Source: Trichoplax adhaerens (lineage: Eukaryota; Animalia; Placozoa). Taken from it: DNA of 64,000 bases. Positions 38,701-60,499 of the stretch are shown piece by piece. The notes beneath the pieces were generated by a model. The model made no database searches. It was not told the origin of the DNA and saw nothing but the letters and a program-made list of their open reading frames with translations. Both the position numbers and the translations under genes were made by a program. Every line of letters starts with the position of its first letter. Position 1 is the first letter of the stretch. The stretch is from positions 5,927,102 through 5,991,101 of the forward strand of contig NW_002060944.1 of the NCBI RefSeq assembly GCF_000150275.1. The letters run 5' to 3'.

Positions 38701-41427
38701 GTACGATAGTGTATGCAAAGCTAAAGCACAACAAAGCGTAGCCTTAGAGGTTTGACTAGTTAAAGTTTTTAAATTTTACTGCGGTATGAAAACTCAGTAG
38801 TTTCTTTATATAGGTGTGTTCGTATCATGCAACAGCTCCTAAAGACGAGGTTCAAAGATTTCAGGTTTGCAACTACGTTACAATTTCTTCGTAATCAATT
38901 ATATTCTACCGAAATTTTATAAAATATTAAGTTACTGTGAAGATGATGTAAAAAGCGTAGGATTAGCAATAAAACTTATAATTGTAACCATTCATATATA
39001 TTTATGCAGGATCAGGATGTACCGTCAGTTGCAAATTATAATTTACAAAGCCTTAAGTTCGATGATTTCTCCCTTGATCCAGACGGAATGATTTTAGCAT
39101 CTATTCGAATGTTTAAAGAATGTGAATTCTTACAAAAGTTCAAAATCGATTATTCGGTAAAAGTTAGAAACGATTCTTGTTATACTTTGTGTTGGCGATG
39201 CACTTCTAAACACTATACTATACATCTTAAAAATATACCTGATTGTTTTCTAAACTGACTTGGAGATTTCGAATTTATACGTATAACGTATAATAATACT
39301 AATCTCAAAGTAATCATCCCCTATTTCTGAATTTTTCATGTTTAAACACTATATACTATTTACTGTCATATTTTGCTAGTGACATGTATTAATTATCGAC
39401 ATTTTTCTGTAATAGACATTATGTACTTGGCTATTAACTGTTCGAAAGAACTACCGTAATGTTGCTTATCATAATTGGAGACACGCATTTAATGTTGCCC
39501 AACTTATGTTTGCAATAATTAAGGTAAACATGATTTACTCCGTATCACACAATTTAAGCAGGATATTTATATGATATTCTATTATACTTTTATAAATCTT
39601 AACGTTACATTATTTATCAAAAGGGAATTTTTTTGGAGAAGACTTTGATTATGTCTTAGATTTGTAATATTACATTGATAAGTTTTAAAAATATGAGTGA
39701 TTTGAATAATTTTTGTTTTCGTTAATAGAACACGAAGCTAGGGAATACATTTTCTCATATTGAGTGCTTAGCCCTCATTGTTGGTTGCATATGCCATGAT
39801 TTAGATCATAGAGGAACTAACAATGCTTACCAAATTAAGTAAGTTCATGATTATCTTAAAATTGTATTAATCTCCGCATAAAATTGAATTATAGTTAATG
39901 ACAGATATTGTGTGTGTGTATATGTGTGCGGACATATAGCTACGTATATTAATAAAACACTTCGTACGCACATTAGATAATAACTATGATAGCTAAATTG
40001 AGATTGTGATAAAAATTTTTTACAGGAGTGGATCACCTCTTGCAAGATTATACAGTACATCAACAATGGAAAATCATCACTTCAACCATGCCGTTATGAT
40101 ACTGAATACACCGGTAACTCATCAAATCTGTTGGCTATTTTTACGAAAATTATAATCTGAATTGCAATATAACTTGTTTATCCTCAAATTGTATTTCAGG
40201 GTCATAATATATTTGAAACATTTACATCGGAAGAATACAGTAGGCTGATAGATCTAATAAAACAGTCAATTTTGGCTACTGATTTGGCGTTATATTTTCG
40301 GTGAGATTCTTAACTTCTTGCTGCATTTCAATAATTTCATATTGTGCCTATATTTCTAATCAGTAAAAGCTATTCTGAAAAAGGTTTTGATTTTTAATAA
40401 TTAGAAATCGTGAAAATTTTTTTAACCTTGCAAGCAATCACGAAATTAATTTTGATGATGATTTACATAAAGCACTGATAAGGTAAGCAGCCTTGCTTGT
40501 AGTAGCAGTAACAGTATCTACGTTCTATTAAATAACCTATTCAAAAATTGAACTTATGCAATTGATGCCTGTAATATTAAAGCGTTGCGTATCTGTTATT
40601 GAACAGATCTATGTTGATGACTGCTTGCGATGTTGGCGCTATTACAAAACCATGGACGGTTGAAAGAAAAGTTAGTACTACATGAATCGATATAAATATA
40701 ACTTGAAATAGAAATAAAATATTTTGGTTTTAAATTTTACACTAACACTTGGATAGGTTGCAGAATTAATCTCTGCCGAATTTTTTGAACAAGGCGATTT
40801 GGAAAGGCAGGAACTCAATTTGGAACCCCAAGTATGTAGATGTTGTTATGCTTTCAAATATGAAATTATACTATTTGTAACTGTAACCACTTCATAACAG
40901 AGATTAATGGATCGTGAAAAGAAAGATGAAATAGCTTCAATGCAAGTTGAATTCATAGATGTGATATGCATGCCTCTTTATAAGGTATTGTTCAGAATCA
41001 TTACCAATACAACGAAATAAAATAGAGATCATGCTTAGGGTAGATTTCATGTTCTAATATTTATACGTATCTACATATCATTTCAGTTAGTAAGCGTCAT
41101 TTAGCAGTCTTAAGTGATATTGTGTTTGAGCTACTTGCTGTTTATCATAGCCTCAATTATATTATTGGTATACTTATAGGCTTTCGCTGAGCAGGACACG
41201 CGATTGAAGTCACTTTTAGATGGCGTAGTAGAGAATCGTGCAAACTGGTTAAAAGAAGATGAAATGATGCGTAAAAGAAAGCAGCCCATAATTGAGCCCT
41301 GTGTTGTGAGTAGTCATTACTCGTAGTAGTTATCGTTGTAATTTTATGCGCATTACTCATCTTTCATTAATATTAATTAAAGCTGTGATCAATTTTTTTC
41401 ATCCAGATTACCACTAATGGATCATAA
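29731..41427 (+). CDS. PDE11A: Dual-GAF cyclic nucleotide phosphodiesterase, PDE11-like
   Basis: Large first exon 29731-30672. GAF-A and GAF-B exons ([30 protein letters not shown]). Catalytic motifs [79 protein letters not shown]. Last exon 41407-41427 ITTNGS*. Confidence 0.9.
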
Positions 41428-42119
41428 CATAATAAACTGTCCAACCTGATGGCTCTATAATCTTATGAATGCCTTTATATCAAGTTAATAGTTCTTTCAT
41501 TTTGCCAGCATTACTTGTTTAATTAATTTTATCAAACAACTGGAGGTCTGTGAGAAAATTAAATATTTTTAGCTTTCTATTTAACAATTCGATTCGCCGT
41601 AGTGTTGCATTCTTAATTAGTAAAAATATTTTTTTACTGTTATATGTAGTAGCGCTGCACACATTTGTAATAATGGTATTGGATAATAAATCAGCTATAT
41701 AAATCGTACACTGGTTTTAACAGTTGAATCACGTTATAATTAAAGATATACAATTCTTTCAGTTTACAGCCCAATCAGAATGTCAATAATTTTATGTGCA
41801 TTAAACATTTGTCGTATATTCATAGTAATATATCAGAATTTATCTTCGATGATATAAAATAAGTACAAATATTTTATGGTTTCATCTATAATGTTACTTT
41901 AAAAGAGGCTCATATGAATGTCATTGAAATTCTACTTGTAAGATCTTTCAAAAAAAATAAAAGGCGATGATTATCATTTGCTTACATATTAGATACAAGG
42001 CCGACATAGAAAATTTATATAGTTAATGATACAGCATAAAAGATTTAGTAATTGACAATCTTAGCTGATTTTAATGTCAAAGTCAATCGCTTTACATCAA
42101 TATGTGTTCCCAATAAGGT

Positions 42120-45100
42120 TCATGTATTCTTAGATTCATCATCTATCAAAATACTTAGATCAATGCCAAATCTTTTCTTATACGGCTCTTTCAAAGTGGT
42201 AATAATTACATCTTTTGAGTAGTCACTTCCGGCACAAATTATCCAAATGATCTCGTTCATTTCACTCTAATTTAGGACAAACATAATATGGTTTATACTT
42301 ATTCCCTTCAAAATTAGTATCAATTGTATATAATTTTTAATATCTAAAGGGCGCTCTGAAAGAGTTTGGAATACGTTTCTGACCTCATCGCATAGTTTTA
42401 AAATTAATTGATGCGGCACCTTACTATCAATTTCCTACATTAAAAGTCAAAAATATTAATATATTACGACGACATAGAGCAATCAGTTAATAACTATATT
42501 GACGGTAAATAGTAATACTGACCACTTCCAGAATACTAGTGATAGCTTGCTTTGCAATAATCAAAAATTGCGACTGTCTAGCTTTCAATAAATGAATTTT
42601 TGGCAACACGCGCGAAATGGGTAAAGTAAAATTAACCCTAGCTATGTACATATCGTCCGGTGATACCACTAGGCAGACGTTCTCATAACAATCATCTATG
42701 CATAAGAGATATTAATACACGCAACGTTATTACAAATGAGCTAGAAAACGATGATAAATTGATATAAAAGTGCCACATGATGCCAACGTAACGAACCATT
42801 GATAGTAATGTTAACTAGTAAGTAAAGAAGAATATCTTTGGGATTCTCTTCTACATCTGGTGCAGATACCGTTACGTTTTCATCCTAAAAAAAATTTTTT
42901 TAAAATATGAACGGCAAATACAGGCCTAAAGCTTAAACTGATTAAAATTAAAAACTTTAATACTTCAAATCGGTAAAGATATCCATTGTCTGCAATTTCT
43001 TTATCATGGTTTGACACATTAGAAATTATTTTAGCGTTCAGTAATTCATTTGCAAGTTCCAAAACCTGAGTTAGATGGGAAAGCGTAAAACTCCTTGATA
43101 AATTAACGACATCGTAATATGCCTTTTTGGCAGTAAAAAATACTAACTTTTAAACGTGAGGAGTCTGTTACATCCATCAGCCAGTCTAGAAACTGATTCG
43201 CAACAAAGCAGTCTCGGAATACTTTCTTTTTAAACTAGGATAGTGCAAAACTCATCTTTAGACATCACACGCTCTTTTTTCGAAATTCTAGAACAGCAAG
43301 ACTGTTAACAATGCTCTAATGTATTACCTTTTTGTCTCCAATAAGATCAGTTTTGGAGGATCTTAAGGCCAGTTTACGCAATGTTTCGCCCTATTATTAA
43401 ATTTTCATTACTTTTTATTTAATGGTTACATATATTAGCAATATTTAGTACGCTTATTCAATCTAACAACAAAAAGTCAAAGAAGAGTGAGAATTTTAAA
43501 GAAAAGTGGTGACTTACGATTTCGTGAATATTATTGAAGTCATTTCTATCTTTTAGTATTAATTGAGCTCTGCAAATCATCAAAAATTATAAACTTCATA
43601 AATCAATTTGCAAACTTACTCTTAAGCAAAAATCGCCTACCTAATATTGTTACATGTGTATGAAATGTGGTCGTGACTTAAGCTAACATCGTAATCCCTT
43701 AGTGAAGTAGTAGATGACCAATAGCCTAAAGATTATATGAATCAATCAAATATGATACATTTGTATTGCAAGTACAAAATGCGAAAAAATGCAGTCATAC
43801 CACAGAAATAATCTAGAAATGATGAACATTTATTCTTATCTTTTACGATGATTGTAAAACATTTCGGGTCATATTTAAATTCCATTCGAAAACTCTATAA
43901 TAATTAGTTATTTTCATTGCTTTAAATAATACGCATATATGGTAGATTTTTGAATAATAAATTACAAGAATGGATAGCAGAGTTTAACAATTAAATTTAC
44001 TTGATAGTTATAGCCGACGTCGATATATGCTAAATTTTCTATTTGAGTTCGTGCAATAATCGGCTGGGTTTGCTCGTTGGATTCACTAATACCGTAAACG
44101 ATGGAAGAATATATTTACAGCGATTCGAAGACAATGTAATCAGTAGAATTTACATTTACCAAAACATATTTGCATCACTTTTTACCTATCATCTGCGGTT
44201 CCAATTTCAAGTAAATAGATAGAGGTGTTTGTGCATATCAGGTAGCATGGATGTACGGTACTCTCAGGGTATACAATACAGCTTGCCTATCCGATACAGA
44301 GAAATATTAGTCTATACATGTTTTGAGCATACCGACAATTGATTGGTAGCTATTATATCATAGTATAATTCAACTTGCCTTTAAGTTGAATTCACTACGT
44401 TCGTCATCACTGTAAACCGTTAAGTTCATGACTAGTTCTGTGTTATGATCTAATATGCTAAAATCTTCAGCTTTAGAATTATTCTTATTGACGTCTTGTG
44501 TGATAGCATCGTTGTCACTATTAAGACTGGTTGCACTAAGTAATTCACTTGAATCCATGGTATGATAACCACCGACATCGTCACTGTATCCAGATATATC
44601 TGGTTCTTGTCGCTCCGTAGAAACAGCGCTCTTAGACTGATATTCACTCCCGTCATCATTCGACGATCTTAAACTGGCGTAGCTATTAATGTGGTCGGTA
44701 TTGAGATTTTCTGATATACTATCAATATCATTAGAATTTTTACCATAATTATGTAGATTATCGGATTCTTCGCTTTCTATATTTGTCGATTCTAATAATA
44801 AACTTTGATTATCACCTACAGACGAATTATCTGTTGTCAGAGATACAATTACGGTGCTGTTATCTCTTTCCTGATTATTTACAAAATCTCCATGTTTACA
44901 TTCTGTGTCGAATTTCCTGGCGCCGTCAACAGTGTCGTTACGATTTGAATCCAAACTCCTTGCAGCCGGCTTGGGCAAAGACGCCTTTCCTGATGACGCA
45001 ACCTTTGCTATACTTGCTGGAGTACTTTTGGTTGATTCACGGCTAAAGAGGAAATTAACTTTACTTTTTGCTTTATGTGATGAAAATTATAAGAACTATT

Positions 45101-48100
45101 CGAAGTAAAAGATACCTGCCAGCCGTAATCTCAGGATGTGAATTAGAATGCGAGCGCTGAAAACTTGTGCTTGAAGAATTTAAATTTTTTAAGTCGCTTC
45201 TTGGAGATTCAGCAACTTCCTTAGATTGTTTCTTAACGACAAAGAAGACCTTATCACTCCCGCACTTTGGGCAAAGACTGTGATTTATAGGTGGATCAAT
45301 TGAATCTGCTTTGCCTTCATGAAGGTATCGAATTGGCACCATGAAGACATGCTTACATTTCAAACACTAGAATGTAAATAAATATATTATTCGTTGTTTT
45401 ATGATAAAATTTCATATCTTAATAAACTGACCTCTCTTATCCTTTCAATTTCTAATTCTGAACAGTTATCATCAGCGATTGAAGCTAGCTGAATATGTAA
45501 TTTCTGCCAAGTAATTCAAGACATAATTTCACAGTTTCTTAGTCAAATTTAATTCTAGCATTTTGCAGATGTTCCTTAAAATTTCTAATTAACTATGAGA
45601 AAGTATAGACTAACCTCTGCATCTTTTCTATCGGGAATAACATAGGATAGAACATCTTTACGAAGCGAGTCTGGGTACATGAAGGTCAGATCAAGAGTAA
45701 ACTGCATTTCCCTGAATTAAATATAATATGTTATTCAAGCGCTAACAAAGCCCCATCAATTAAATTGATTCTATAATAGAATGGATTCTAGTATATCTTA
45801 ATTCTAAAATTTTTACTTGTTGGCATTTTCGTCTTCATTACTTAACATTTTATTGGTTTTATTCGTATCAATAGTATTTATTGAAGGTTTCAAAACAGCC
45901 GATACCAAATCGCGCAATTTCAAGGAATCTATAATCTATAATTTAGTACCATCAGAATAATTTAAATTTATTTTAAACTGGAATACGGATAGACGAAAAC
46001 TATTGAGAACACTTAGGTAGTCTTGATAACAGTTGCCGAAGTAAGTCATTCAATACTATACCTTATTTTTCATGGTATCCTTGATGCGGATGCAACCGTC
46101 TCCGATAGATAAATAATAATAGGCTAGGGTGCCATCAGGTAATTGACGGCTAACTAAAAAGAGCTCTCCATCATCAACTAGTGAGCCTGTAATTGGTAAA
46201 ATAATTCCTATAAGATAAGATTTTCCTATAAATTAAAGTGAAATGTTCTGCTTCTTACTTGATTGAATAACTTTATCCTCTGTATGCACTTCATTGCTCT
46301 CATTGTTCTCAACAACTACATTTTCATTATCGTTGGTAAACGAATATTCCTCGTAGGTCGAGTTTTCGCTTTCAGTTGCTAATAATTATCAACAGTCATA
46401 ATTACTTATTTACTTAATATTCATTAAAGTACATATATATACACAAACTAGCAACACCATACTCAGGTTTAATGAGTCTAATTGGGATCGCGCTAGAGCA
46501 AGTTCATCAGCAGCAAGAAATAGCCAATCTATAGTTTAAGGATATACAAAATTAAGTTGGTAAGATTTTCAACTACTTGCCTCCAATACCTTTTCCTGCG
46601 TAAATGAAAACATTATAGAATACGTGATAGTATCACATGATTGAGTTGATACCTTTGCCGTAAGAGATTTTACTTTTCTTCGCTTTTTCTGTGAATCTGC
46701 TTGTTTCATCTTCGAAATTCAAAAAGAGTACAATAATTATAATCAAAATTTCACATTACGCTAATAACTTAACGAATTAGGCAAATTTATAGTTATAACC
46801 TTGTGAAGGCTTCGTAGGAGTGCTAGCTTGTTGTTTAGATGATTTTCCCTGGGGTTTCAAATAAATTCGGAATCAGAAAAACATTTCGCGTGAGATATCA
46901 AATGCTGCATTTAATAAACTTTTTATAGTAAAGTTGATCTTTTCTACTCCGCTACTGAGACTATACCCGTTTCTTTTTAGGCTTGATAACAGAACTAGTG
47001 GGAGATGAATTCACAGCGAGTAAGTTATCAGCGCCATTAATTATATTGGTACCGATACCGTTAGGTACAGCTGGTATGCTTTGCCTCTCGCTTGAGATAG
47101 AAGTTTGCTTGATGTTGAAATTATTAGTTATCTTCGCCTAATGCATAAAAATTCATTCGATTTATAAAATATGATGACATTAAAAGGGAAACGTGGCTTA
47201 TAATTTAAATTTCACCTTAAGTTCCTGACTAGTGAGTTGTTTGCCATCCAGAATAAATGTCTGTAACATTCATATCCGCAGTAAAAATAGGAAAGCATAA
47301 CAGATTAATCTCAGCTAGGGTATTTATTAGAATGCAACTAATTTTTCGACAAGACGAAAATTTCTTTCTTATAACGCAGTCTATTTTAAATAAATATATG
47401 TACAATACCGTAGGATGGCTTATTACAGATGAAACAAATTGAATTACACGTTGCCGATGATTTTTATGAAAGGCAATTGGATTTTCCGTCAAATTTACCT
47501 ACGGGGTAAAATTTCTTAAATTACCGACGCTATATATATGAGGACAGAATCCAAAATAATTAATTGAAGATATCATTCTAACTTACATTGCATAAGGAAT
47601 GTAATGATGCCAGAGGACTTAAGATTGTATGCGAAGTGATTAAATTACCAGATAAATCAAGAATTTCTAAATTTTTATAATCTTTAATGCCTATAATATA
47701 TTAAAAATAAACAGTATTCCAAAATATTAGTCAGGATATACAATATGATTTCTATACCACGATCACAGCTATAAAAATTATTAAAATCATTGTGTTGCAG
47801 AAAGATACCGTCTGCAATAAATATATTCTATAAATGTTACAATAAAGATTAAAGTTAGATTATTGATGGTAAAAGTAAGTACAGCATACTGTGCTCATAT
47901 ACATTATGCATTTATCAAAAGAAATTAAAGTATACCTTCTATATTATCTAAGCTATTATTTTTCAATATAAGGACTTTAAGTGATTTTTTAGTTTCATAT
48001 GACATCACGGGAATTTTATCCAAATTATTATATCCGAGATTTAAAACGCTGATGTTGCACATTATCATCTACAATGAATAAAATATAGGTAATAAAAGAA

Positions 48101-51100
48101 TTACCTTTCTCGATAAGCTTTTATATTAAATATTTATGATGGATGAAGTCAACAATAATAAATACTTACTTCAAAGTTGCAATTTTTATTTAACAATCTG
48201 TTATCATTTAAAAGTAGTGTCTGAAGCATCGGTAAGAAATTCTAAGAAAATATTTAACTGTAGTCAGTAATAGAATAAGAGAAGAAATATTTATCTAAGT
48301 GTAGCTGTGCATCCTAATAAAAATTATTCGTAAATTTCAGAAATTTTGTATCTCACATTGTATCAGTCAGTCAATATCACATAGTCATATGTAAGGTATT
48401 CTAATAACCGAGAAAAAATTATCATTTTGCTGTTAGCTAGCCTTACTAGTGAATCATCAACAGATGTGATAGAGTTGTGTCCAAAGTCGGCCACCTCGAG
48501 TTTCGACCATAGACTAGGAACCGTTCTATCGCTGCAGCATGATATCAAGACCTCCTGCATTTGGTATGATATAAGTATAAGATAGTAAGATCGATTATAC
48601 TACTATCCGATTTGCTGATTGTGTAATTATTATTGTAGAATTGACATCTCCATTGGGACCAACTTCATATAAGTGCTTTATAATGGCCATAAAAATCAGT
48701 TATTTTTTTGCTATCATTAATTTAAAATCGGCAATGGTCAACGAAGTGCATCTATCAACATCTAGTCATCTACCTTTCAAGGTAGTATTTCTATTGTAAT
48801 ACGGGTGATAATATGGCAGTAATGTAGTCATTTCAGTTTTTACAACAGTGAATAGTGAGTTTTTCGCACTAGCTACATTATTCTTAATTTCTTGTTAACT
48901 TCAAGTATTGTAGTCTCAAACAGTAATTGAGATGTCATCAATGCAATTATAAAATTTATTGCATGTTAACTTTTCCTAAGATAAATATTCCTTCTTAAAC
49001 TTACCGATAAATGTTGCACACACCGCGTGAATGTTAAAGACTTTAATTGTGGTCTTAAAAATTTTAAGCCAGCAATGCAAGATAATGGTATTTTCTTAAT
49101 CTGTAATTCGTTAGGGATATAGATTGATAGGGGATAAAATACAACGCTTTAAGAGATTACATTACACAGTTTAGCCAAATAATGCGCAAAAGGTGTACAA
49201 ATTAAGAATTGAGGAGTTACTTATTACACAACACCAGACAACTGTTATCAATATTTAACCATAGCTACTAACCTCTAAGGATTGTAATGATCGAAATCTA
49301 CTCAGATTTATCTTAGGAGAATTCCACAGGGTTGCGCCATGATTAATAAGCTACAGTTTTTTCATAGAGATACAAACAACTTTAAAATGTTATTCACTTG
49401 TGTACGAAAATGTATATTTAAATTATAAACTTTACTATCATAGGCAAGTGATTTATTTAATTTATTTATAGATTGAGATTTAAGTTGCCTTTAATAGAAG
49501 TATCAGCTAGAATTAAAGTTAACATAATACAAAAGCCATCAATCAATTGAAATAGAAAGCGTACTTTTAATTTGATAGCTTTTTGCATAAAATCATAAAT
49601 TACTAAAATGTCTTCGTTGCCTTTCTTGCGAAGGTGGTCTTTGACAGTTATGATATCGAAGTCTTTCTCTAAGGATTGATGATTTTCATCTACAATATAC
49701 GTAGGGATATAAAATAGTAAACAATGACAGCATCTATGATTAAAATACACAAAGGTATCATTTTAATCGCCTGGTAGCTACAATTCAGTTATTCAAAGTA
49801 TTGCCACATCATGTATGTAATATTTATTTATTACGTGAACTAATTAAGAGTATTTAATTAACTATTTCCTCATCAACTTTTAATAATTATTATAGCAATA
49901 AGATTTTAACTTGGTTATATAGAGATGAGAATACTGTTGTATTGCACGTAAATTAGTGCAAAGGAGTGTGTTTGCTAAAATACCTCGAAATACGATCAAC
50001 AAGCAGTATGATCACAAGCTGTTGTAAGTATTCAATACTCTCCATTAATAATCTTCTACAAAATATGTGTAATACGTAAAACTAGCAGTGGAACTGACTG
50101 TAGTGAAGCAAGTATTCAAAGTTTCAATTGTCTTATAGTCAGTAATACCACCTTTGTCAGGACGAATTATTCGTTAATTCATTACAATTATCGATGTATT
50201 GTACGAGTAAGTCAATATTCATTATAAATTAAAACATGCTCTGTATAAGTTATAATACAATATTGCATTAGGAGTATTTTTTATATATAGTAATAATACG
50301 GACTATATTTCCAATAATTCTAGCAAGGTAAGAACGGAGACTTCTTGTAATATAATGCACTGCAATAGTGTGATAAAATATCAACATATCTATTTTTTTA
50401 TTTTTATAACAATGATAACGTATTATCAATTCTACTAGACTATCTATAAAAGTTATATTTTATATATTACAGCAAAGTCACGATTTGATGACTTACCAAA
50501 ACCGATATCTTTCAAGCGCTGATTAATATAATGTAAGGATGCTAAGTTTAAAGATAGAGCAGCCTTTCCTGAAAGTATTTCTTCACCTAACATAATTGTA
50601 CAATTAATTTTAGAGAATTTCAAGGCTCAACCAGTAAACTAGAAAAGACAATGTTAATATTCACATATTGCATTATTGCAAATCAATAGCTTGAGATATA
50701 CAGTATTGTACTGTACTTAAGTGCCATGTTATTATAATAAAAAATATAAATATTATAATCAATTTACAAATAGCTCGTTAACTGCATTGATATAAGAAGC
50801 AAAATGAATCATCAAAGTTCAATCATGAACCGGATATTGTTACTTCACTAACTAATCTTTCAGCTCGATTAATTTCATTTTATATGATTACAATTAAGAG
50901 TACAGTAGTGCATTTTTCTTCAAGATTGCAACAATAACATGCTAAATTGAAAACTAGAGTTAAGATAGATTTTAGATTAATACAAATTTGATCAAGAAGT
51001 GACCATCACTTGAAATCTTCCATACTCGAAGTGTATTACAGTATAAAAGTATGATATAGGTAAGAGTAGATCGCCAAGTAGGTATGATCATGCTGACGCT

Positions 51101-51183
51101 GTAGAGGTACCTTTTGCACGTAGCAACTTTACAAATTTGCTGATAAATTGAAGGCCAAGGTCGTCATTCTTAGCCGCAGCCAT
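42120..51183 (-). CDS. STK11IP: STK11(LKB1)-interacting protein, LRR-containing
   Basis: ATG at 51183 (MAAAKNDDLGLQFISKFVKLLRAK|GEEILSGKAALSL). DFMQKAIKLK, LRR region (WSKLEVADFGHNSITSVDDSL; LNLGYNNL; LILKNNSL; LDLSGNLI; LTENPI), YGKDWL, zinc-binding CLKCKHVF...CPKCGSDKV, and a last exon ending RFGIDLSILIDDESKNT* at 42120. Confidence 0.85.
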
Positions 51184-51654
51184 ACTAATCCAATCAATTT
51201 TGTTGTCTTTGGAAAGTTGTCTTAACGCATCAATCTACTTCACTCTTTTTCTATTGCTTTTTGGGCAATTTCAACTATCTAATCAAGTACCAACAAATCC
51301 AATAACCGAAATCAGTACGAAGTACGTTCATCAAGGAGTTAGGCGTATCAAGAACAAAACTTGGATCAATTTCAGTCCATTGATCCTAACTTACTATGGT
51401 AACATTGTTGTTCGCACCAGCTACTATAACGGAACGCTGCTGTCGTGGATTAGTTAGGGTGTCACAAGATGGAAACACCTTTTGCTTAGACACATTTTAA
51501 CACCTCCAGGAAGGCAATCTAGATGGAAATGGAATGAGATGCACAGATTTGGTCTTTGAAAATGAACTGCAAAGAATTCTCAAAGCCAATCCTTGGGTCA
51601 ATGTGGTTCAGTATAGGAACTTCTAATGAGAGAAAAACTTGTCATTCGATGTCT

Positions 51655-52205
51655 CTGTACTGCACATACTGTACACACTAGAAGGTACAATACTGTACAG
51701 ACAGCTGATATACAGTACTGTACGCATTAGGTCAGTTTACCGCTCTTCAGGTGCAGGTACTGGACTGACCCGTACGTACATTTCAACAACAAACATGACG
51801 TACTGGTCAATGGTATGTCGTACAGTACGCGGTCATGTGACGCCAAGTCACCCAAGGACTCAGCTCCAAGTTTTTATGGTACAATGTACAGTACACTGTA
51901 CTGTACACTGTACTGTAGTACTGTTTGGTTCTACAGTATATGGTACGGTACTACTGTAGTACTGTATGGTCTGTATACAGTACTATATGAATCTACTGTT
52001 GAATAACCTTGAATCGAGGGAAAGATCTTCAAGGGTCTTTATTTAGATATACACCTGATGCTCATTAATTAATTAATTCATTACTGTAGTCGAGATTCTG
52101 GGATAGCTTAGGACTACCTATTCATTCATATACCAACATAATCCTCAAAGAAAGGTAACCAGTAGACCCACGCTAGTTATACGAACTTTGCGTACTGTAC
52201 AGTAT
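51655..52205. promoter_or_regulatory. CAGTA/TACTG pentamer array upstream of STK11IP
   Basis: Dense tactgtac/gtacagta runs at 51655-51725 and 51880-52000, about 470-820 bp 5' of the ATG at 51183. Confidence 0.55.
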
Positions 52206-52881
52206 AGAGTCTGTTCGTACTTGCACTTTTTACTTCACAACATTCCATACTGTGCTATTCCACAAAGAGAACCAAGTAATACTCAGTAGACCTGCTCCAG
52301 TCCAACAACTATGCTGTGTAGTGAAACTTATTTTATATGGTACATATGAGTCATAGGATAGGACAGATGTGCATTCAAGACTGTTCAAGATACCGGTACA
52401 CCAATCACCCTTGAACCCTCGCTGTAGATTTATTCGCATATTAAGCATCACAATATCCTTTACACAATTTAGCATAGCGATGTAAGCAGGATATTGCATA
52501 CGATTATTGCAGGAAAGCATCATCTCAGCTCGTTTAATAATGTACTGCACGAGTACGTGATCAGCAGGATTGAAGAGATCTAAAAATGTACAAAAACTGT
52601 GCCAGTACCAACTTTTCCAAGCAGATTAATTTCTATCTAAAATTTGTCAATTCTCATATCATTACTATCATATAAACATCATCTTATAAAAAATTCACAT
52701 TGAATAACGCGTATATATCCGGTGACCTGAAGTTATTAACTTTTAGAAAATGAGATGTTGAACTAAGTTGATTGTATAGAATCTGTACTACAGTACTATA
52801 CACCTTATTATGTATTGATATCAATTGAATTATAGCATTTAAATCAGCTTTAGAGGATGCAGTAATGTTCTTGCACAAATT

Positions 52882-60225
<7,344 letters not shown>

Positions 60226-60499
60226 GATTTGGCCTTTTGCAATGTGAAAAAATAGGAATCAAATAAGATGGCGTTGATTACGAAGCTGACAGTTGTACTA
60301 AAGGAGCTTTGACTGTGTACAGCAGAGAGAAATAACGTAACGATCAATATCAGCGATTTAAAAATGACTTGAAAAGGTTAGTAAAGTAAATGATGTTCCA
60401 GTAGAAATATTGTCAATTTTAAAAATTATGATAAACCCTAATAATAATCTACTGTTGACTAACTTTCAATTTGTTGCTGCACTTGCTAGTCTCCACAAC

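Noticed and set aside
46590-46595. Possible 6-nt microexon (cag|GAAAAG|gt) in STK11IP flanked by 57- and 61-nt introns
   Set aside because: It preserves frame, but skipping it gives YGKDWL, which fits the recalled FGxxWL motif better. It cannot be supported without RNA-seq.
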